Below are positions 60,041-64,000 of a DNA stretch of 64,000 nt, piece by piece. The notes under the pieces were generated by a model. The model was not told where the DNA came from. It searched no databases and saw nothing but the letters and a program-made list of their open reading frames with translations. Positions within the stretch are counted from its first letter, which is position 1; every line of letters starts with the position of its first letter. This DNA comes from Lingula anatina (Eukaryota > Animalia > Brachiopoda). The stretch spans positions 14,732,651 through 14,796,650 of the forward strand of contig CM120647.1 of NCBI GenBank assembly GCA_051362555.1. Reading direction: 5' to 3'. The position numbers and the translations under genes were made by a program.

Positions 60041-61723
60041 ATGGATAAAATTAATCGGGCCCATCTTAACAAGAGAAGCTACTACCACATTCCTCAAGTA
60101 ACGTCAAACGCGTACGTCACCCTGCACGAGGCGTTCGACACCACAGCGCAACTATATCCCACCAAAAATGCCGCCATTTTTTACCAGACCCGAGAGCAGC
60201 GAGAGAGTATGACATTCTCTGAACTTAAGAAACAGTCCATCTCATTGGCCGAGTCACTCCGTCGCCGTGGTTACTCACGTGGCGACCGCGTGGCATTTAG
60301 CTCGCCGAACTGCATTGAGTTTTTTCCGCTCACTTTGGCTTTGTCTCGTCTAGGATGCAACATGTTCATGTTGAGCAATTTGAACAAGCTTTGCGATGAC
60401 GTGCTGGAATATAAATGCCGCGCTTTAATGCTGTACGTGGGAAATGATAAGGAGAGGGAAATATACAGAGAAATCGCCTCCAGGGTACCTCAAGGGACCA
60501 ACCCACTGGGAGACATCGTCGTTTTTGGACCCTACGGCGACGATGTTCTTGGGACTGGTGCTTCGCTGAACAATCTAATCAAGGGAGAAGGAAATGGCAC
60601 CCCGATAGATGGAGCATCGGATCAGGTCGACCCAGACGATCCCATGTGCGTCTTCTTCACGTCTGGTTCCACTGGGAAGCCGAAAGGCATTCAGTTGACT
60701 CACAATGCCTACGTCAACTGGGCCCGAATGGACGTTGTGTCCTACGCAAGCGCCGACAGCGTCTTATTTATCGACCGTCCGATGACCTGGTTAGGTGGAC
60801 ACGGGCTGATTATGGAAATGGCTGTATTTGGGACAACCGCTCTCACTGTCAGCTCCAGTCTTGTTGTTGCGGAGGGAGAGGTGGACTTCGTCTTCACCAT
60901 CTTGAAAAGAGAGAGTGTCACCAACACCGTTATGATGCACTATTTCATCGTGGACCTTTTAAACTACAGTGATGCTGTTTCGTTCTGTCAGGTACCCAGT
61001 CTTCGCCATATCGCAACAGGCGGGCAGGTGATGGACAGAGATCAGCTTAAGAAGCTTCTGTCCCTTTTCCCAAACATCAAACAGATCACGGTCGGGTATG
61101 CATCCACAGATGCCGGACCGATCGCCATGCAGGACGTGACGTATGACACCAGAAGTGACAAAATGCAGGTGATAGACGGCGTTGAAGTGAAAGTCGTTGA
61201 GCCGGACACCAATCGCGATGTACCTCCTGGGTCCGCAGGTGAAATTTGCGTCCGTAACCCCATGATTTACCGCTGCCTTTACGTGGACAACGAGGCGGCT
61301 TCCCAGGCAGTGTTTGACGAGGCGGGCTGGTTCCATACCGGTGACATTGGTGCCATGACCACCGACGGTCAACTCTCTGTCTCGGGCCGCAAGGACGATA
61401 TGATTAAACGGGCTACTGTCAAGGTCTTCCCAGCCGAGGTAGAGGCCGTCCTCGCTCAAAACCCAGCCGTTAAAGACGTCATCGTGGTAGGTGTACCGGA
61501 TATCCGGTTACGAGAGGAGCTCTGCGCATGCGTTATCATGGAGAGCAACGGGGATGTAGCGGAATTGGAGAGTTGGTGCAACGAAAAGTTTTCTGTGGGG
61601 CCGGATGGCTTGTCACTGGCGCCCAAATATTATCTTCAGTTCGAAGAATTTCCCTTAACAGGCACCGGAAAGACTCAACGAAAGTCTATAAGAGAAAAGG
61701 CTTTAGAGAAACTGAACTTATGA
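60041..61723 (+). CDS. ACS3: acyl-CoA synthetase paralog, single coding exon, 560 aa
   Basis: Colinear with ACS2. Motifs intact except GYASTD. Acceptor ctttttcag ends at 60033 and AATAAA is at ~61747. Confidence 0.93.
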   Translation: MDKINRAHLNKRSYYHIPQVTSNAYVTLHEAFDTTAQLYPTKNAAIFYQTREQRESMTFSELKKQSISLAESLRRRGYSRGDRVAFSSPNCIEFFPLTLALSRLGCNMFMLSNLNKLCDDVLEYKCRALMLYVGNDKEREIYREIASRVPQGTNPLGDIVVFGPYGDDVLGTGASLNNLIKGEGNGTPIDGASDQVDPDDPMCVFFTSGSTGKPKGIQLTHNAYVNWARMDVVSYASADSVLFIDRPMTWLGGHGLIMEMAVFGTTALTVSSSLVVAEGEVDFVFTILKRESVTNTVMMHYFIVDLLNYSDAVSFCQVPSLRHIATGGQVMDRDQLKKLLSLFPNIKQITVGYASTDAGPIAMQDVTYDTRSDKMQVIDGVEVKVVEPDTNRDVPPGSAGEICVRNPMIYRCLYVDNEAASQAVFDEAGWFHTGDIGAMTTDGQLSVSGRKDDMIKRATVKVFPAEVEAVLAQNPAVKDVIVVGVPDIRLREELCACVIMESNGDVAELESWCNEKFSVGPDGLSLAPKYYLQFEEFPLTGTGKTQRKSIREKALEKLNL

Positions 61724-62369
61724 AAAGTTACCCTGTAGAATGATTGAATAAAGACATTTAACAAGGGGGGGAATATTGATTGGTTTGAATTGTTTGCAAA
61801 AGGAAATATTTATTGACAAAGGACACATTTCGGGAAAAAATATCATTTGTACGAGAAAAAGAAATGTGTGATGAACACGAAAGACCCTTACATTGTATAG
61901 TTTCGCCAGCTGAAGTGTATTTACAAGTTCAGTAGAATTGTGGAGATACTTTTGGTTAAAGCATGTCAAAAATAAATACTTTATCAGACAATATTACATC
62001 TGCATTCAGCTATTGACAAGATATAATCAATTAAAAAAGAAAAGGCGAAATATCAGGTGCTTAGGTTTTATCGTTTCGGGTAGTTACACAATGTACATGT
62101 ACCCTTGTGTAAAAAGGAACATGCGTTTCAAATTTTACTTTTTATCCCTTAAGGGTAAAACGCAAGCCGTAAAATCTCCATAGATAAATTAATACCGTCA
62201 GCTTTTGTTTGTTGAGGCAACGCATTTTAAATTCTAGTCTGCCATTATTTTCTCTCCACTCCCTTCCAAATCTCGTTTGATTCCTCGTTAAGTCACGATG
62301 TTTTCGATCGTCTGTCTCGGATCAGGGCCAGTGTTAAAACACTGCATGCGGGATTCCATATGTTACAGC

Positions 62370-62703
62370 ATGGCGCGACCTCAACCAAAACTAGATGCAA
62401 ATCACACCAAGGGAAGATTCAACTCGTGCGTGGCAGTAATCACCGGGGGAGCCTCGGGTATAAACAGGGCGTGTGTCAGTCGTTTCCTGAACGACGGTGC
62501 GTCCGTGGCCTTCTTCGACATCGACCAAGATGCGGGGAAACAGTTGGAGTCAGAGCTTAAGGCGGAGGGGTTAGACGCCGCGTATTACCAAGTCGATGTG
62601 TCTAACAGGGACGCGTGTTCTAAGGCACTGGTAGACATAGCAGACAAACATGGTGGCAGCATTAACTATGTGATAAACGGCGCTGCGTGTTTTATTTTCA
62701 AGG
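62370..62703 (+). CDS. SDR-A3 exon 1 (possible upstream in-frame ATG at 62298); remaining exons not in the window
   Basis: 334-nt exon nearly identical to SDR-A2 exon 1 (MARPQPKLDANHTKGRF...TGGASGIN...NGAACFIFK) ending at donor G|gtgagt. Confidence 0.82.
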
Positions 62704-62775
62704 GTGAGTACAACTCATGCAGTGCACAGGGCCTTGCAAACAATATAATAGACCTACACCAGTAGTTGTATGTAG

Positions 62776-62880
62776 CAGGGCGTCAAGTTCCTATTTTTTC
62801 CTATTTTTTCCTATTTTTTGGAGATCTACCTATTTTTTTCCTATTTTCTAGAGAAAATTCCTATTTTTTCCTATATTTTG
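62776..62880 (+). repeat. (TTCCTATTTTT)n array at the start of a probable CAGGG-terminal DNA element in SDR-A3 intron 1
   Basis: Homology with SDR-A2 intron 1 breaks at gtatgtag|cagggcgtcaag and is followed by tandem ttcctattttt units. Confidence 0.55.
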
Positions 62881-63074
62881 GTCTAAAAATGATGTTATGT
62901 ATCAGGTCGCGTCGGTTATTGAAAAAAATGAGGATCCCTCAGTCAATGTTTTGATGCAGCCAGTTGTATTTTAATTAGGATAATGAAAAAAATTGAATCT
63001 GATACTGGATCGTACTTGAAATGAGAATCACAATGTTTTAAGTAAAATCCAGTATACATAAGACCCAATTTTAA

Positions 63075-63810
63075 TGTAGCCGTCACCTGCATCTGACGTT
63101 GCCGTCACAGTGCAATTTCAATGATAATATTATATATGATAAGTGGGAAACCATTGTAGCTTTTGTCTTCAGATATGCGGAACTGATGAATATTTATAAA
63201 ATACAGATTGAGTTCGAAAATCAGCATGATCGGGCCATTTTTAAACAGTTACGCTGTTTTTCAGGATGTATATTGATGACACAATTCAAAGAAAACCCAC
63301 AGGTCAATTGTTTTGAAACTCACAGGAGTGATCACCCTTAGTGAAACACAGGTCAAGTTAAAAAATTGGCTCGATTGGACCATTTTTACAAATATTATGC
63401 TTTTTGGGGTCCTTTTTTCATGTGTATATGCAATACAGATAATACATAAAGTGTAAAAACGGGTTGACCTATTGTCTTCAAACTTTCAGGAGTGATCAAT
63501 GTGACTAATTCAGCTCGAGTTTGAGAAAAAAGCCTGATCAGATTATTTTCTTTGTTGTCATGCATTTTTTACTGTACACTTTTCACATTTTGGCAATTTT
63601 AAGAATTCCATGGGCCTGAACACCTTTGCTGATCACATTTTCCATTTATCTGTGTTACCTGCAGTGCATAATTAAAAATTGGTCGTGATTATGGTGGTAA
63701 GCACTATGTAATATTGCATCAAAGAAAAATCCTATTTAGGGCACTGATGCCATAATGACCATTAATGGAAAACCATGTTACTTATGAATCTCGAAATTAC
63801 AGAAAAATCA
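63075..63810 (+). mobile_element. Degenerate partial copy of the HINE-like family
   Basis: Shares gccgtcacctgc, gttcgaaaatcagcatgatcgggcc, aactcacaggagtgatca and aaaaccatgttactta with the other two copies. Confidence 0.6.
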
Positions 63811-64000
63811 GTAAGAGAATGACCTGATTGCAAATTTTTTTTCTGGCAGTAAACTAGTTTTTAAGCTTATACCGGTATTATAATATGCAGGCCTATTGTT
63901 TTCAAGACCCTTACATTGAATAGTTTCACCAGCTATAGTGTATTTACAAGTTCAGTAGAATTGTGGAGATACTTTTAGAGTTTACAGGAGTAGTCATTGT

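Noticed and set aside
33822-61723. ACS genes as firefly-type or squid-type luciferases, or as NRPS adenylation domains
   Set aside because: They belong to the same ANL superfamily, but I see no luciferase-specific signature, no canonical PTS1 (they end LKL/LNL, not SKL), and no carrier or condensation domains. The C-terminus looks ACSF2-like, and function cannot be assigned from motifs alone.
43297-61723. ACS3 as an ACS1/ACS2 recombinant mosaic
   Set aside because: Residues shared by ACS1 and ACS3 can be explained equally well as ACS2-specific substitutions. An outgroup and a formal recombination test are needed.
33822-63000. Bacterial contamination or a recent bacterial operon insertion
   Set aside because: The SDRs have canonical spliceosomal introns, the genes have AATAAA signals, and the module is interleaved with host repeat families, one of which also occurs in the left half of the window.

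Overview
AT-rich eukaryotic DNA, probably from an invertebrate animal (GT-AG introns, microsatellites, many MITE, Helentron, LINE and Penelope remnants). I could not identify a protein-coding gene in the first ~31.5 kb, which holds repeats and transposon relics, including a Penelope-like 3' fragment with a minimal hammerhead ribozyme core. From ~31.8 kb to the end is a co-oriented (+ strand) tandem array of a three-gene module: an ANL-superfamily acyl-CoA synthetase with its CDS in one exon (ACS, ACSF2-like), SDR type A and SDR type B (4 coding exons each). The order is ACS1, orphan last exon of SDR-A1, SDR-B1 (intact), ACS2, SDR-A2 (+2 frameshift in exon 3), SDR-B2 (intact through a duplicated exon 2 whose first copy is interrupted by a MITE), ACS3, SDR-A3 exon 1. 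The array is a candidate animal metabolic or biosynthetic gene cluster under birth-and-death evolution, with amino-acid divergence concentrated in the predicted substrate-binding segments. All coordinates and alignments were done by eye and no database searches were run.
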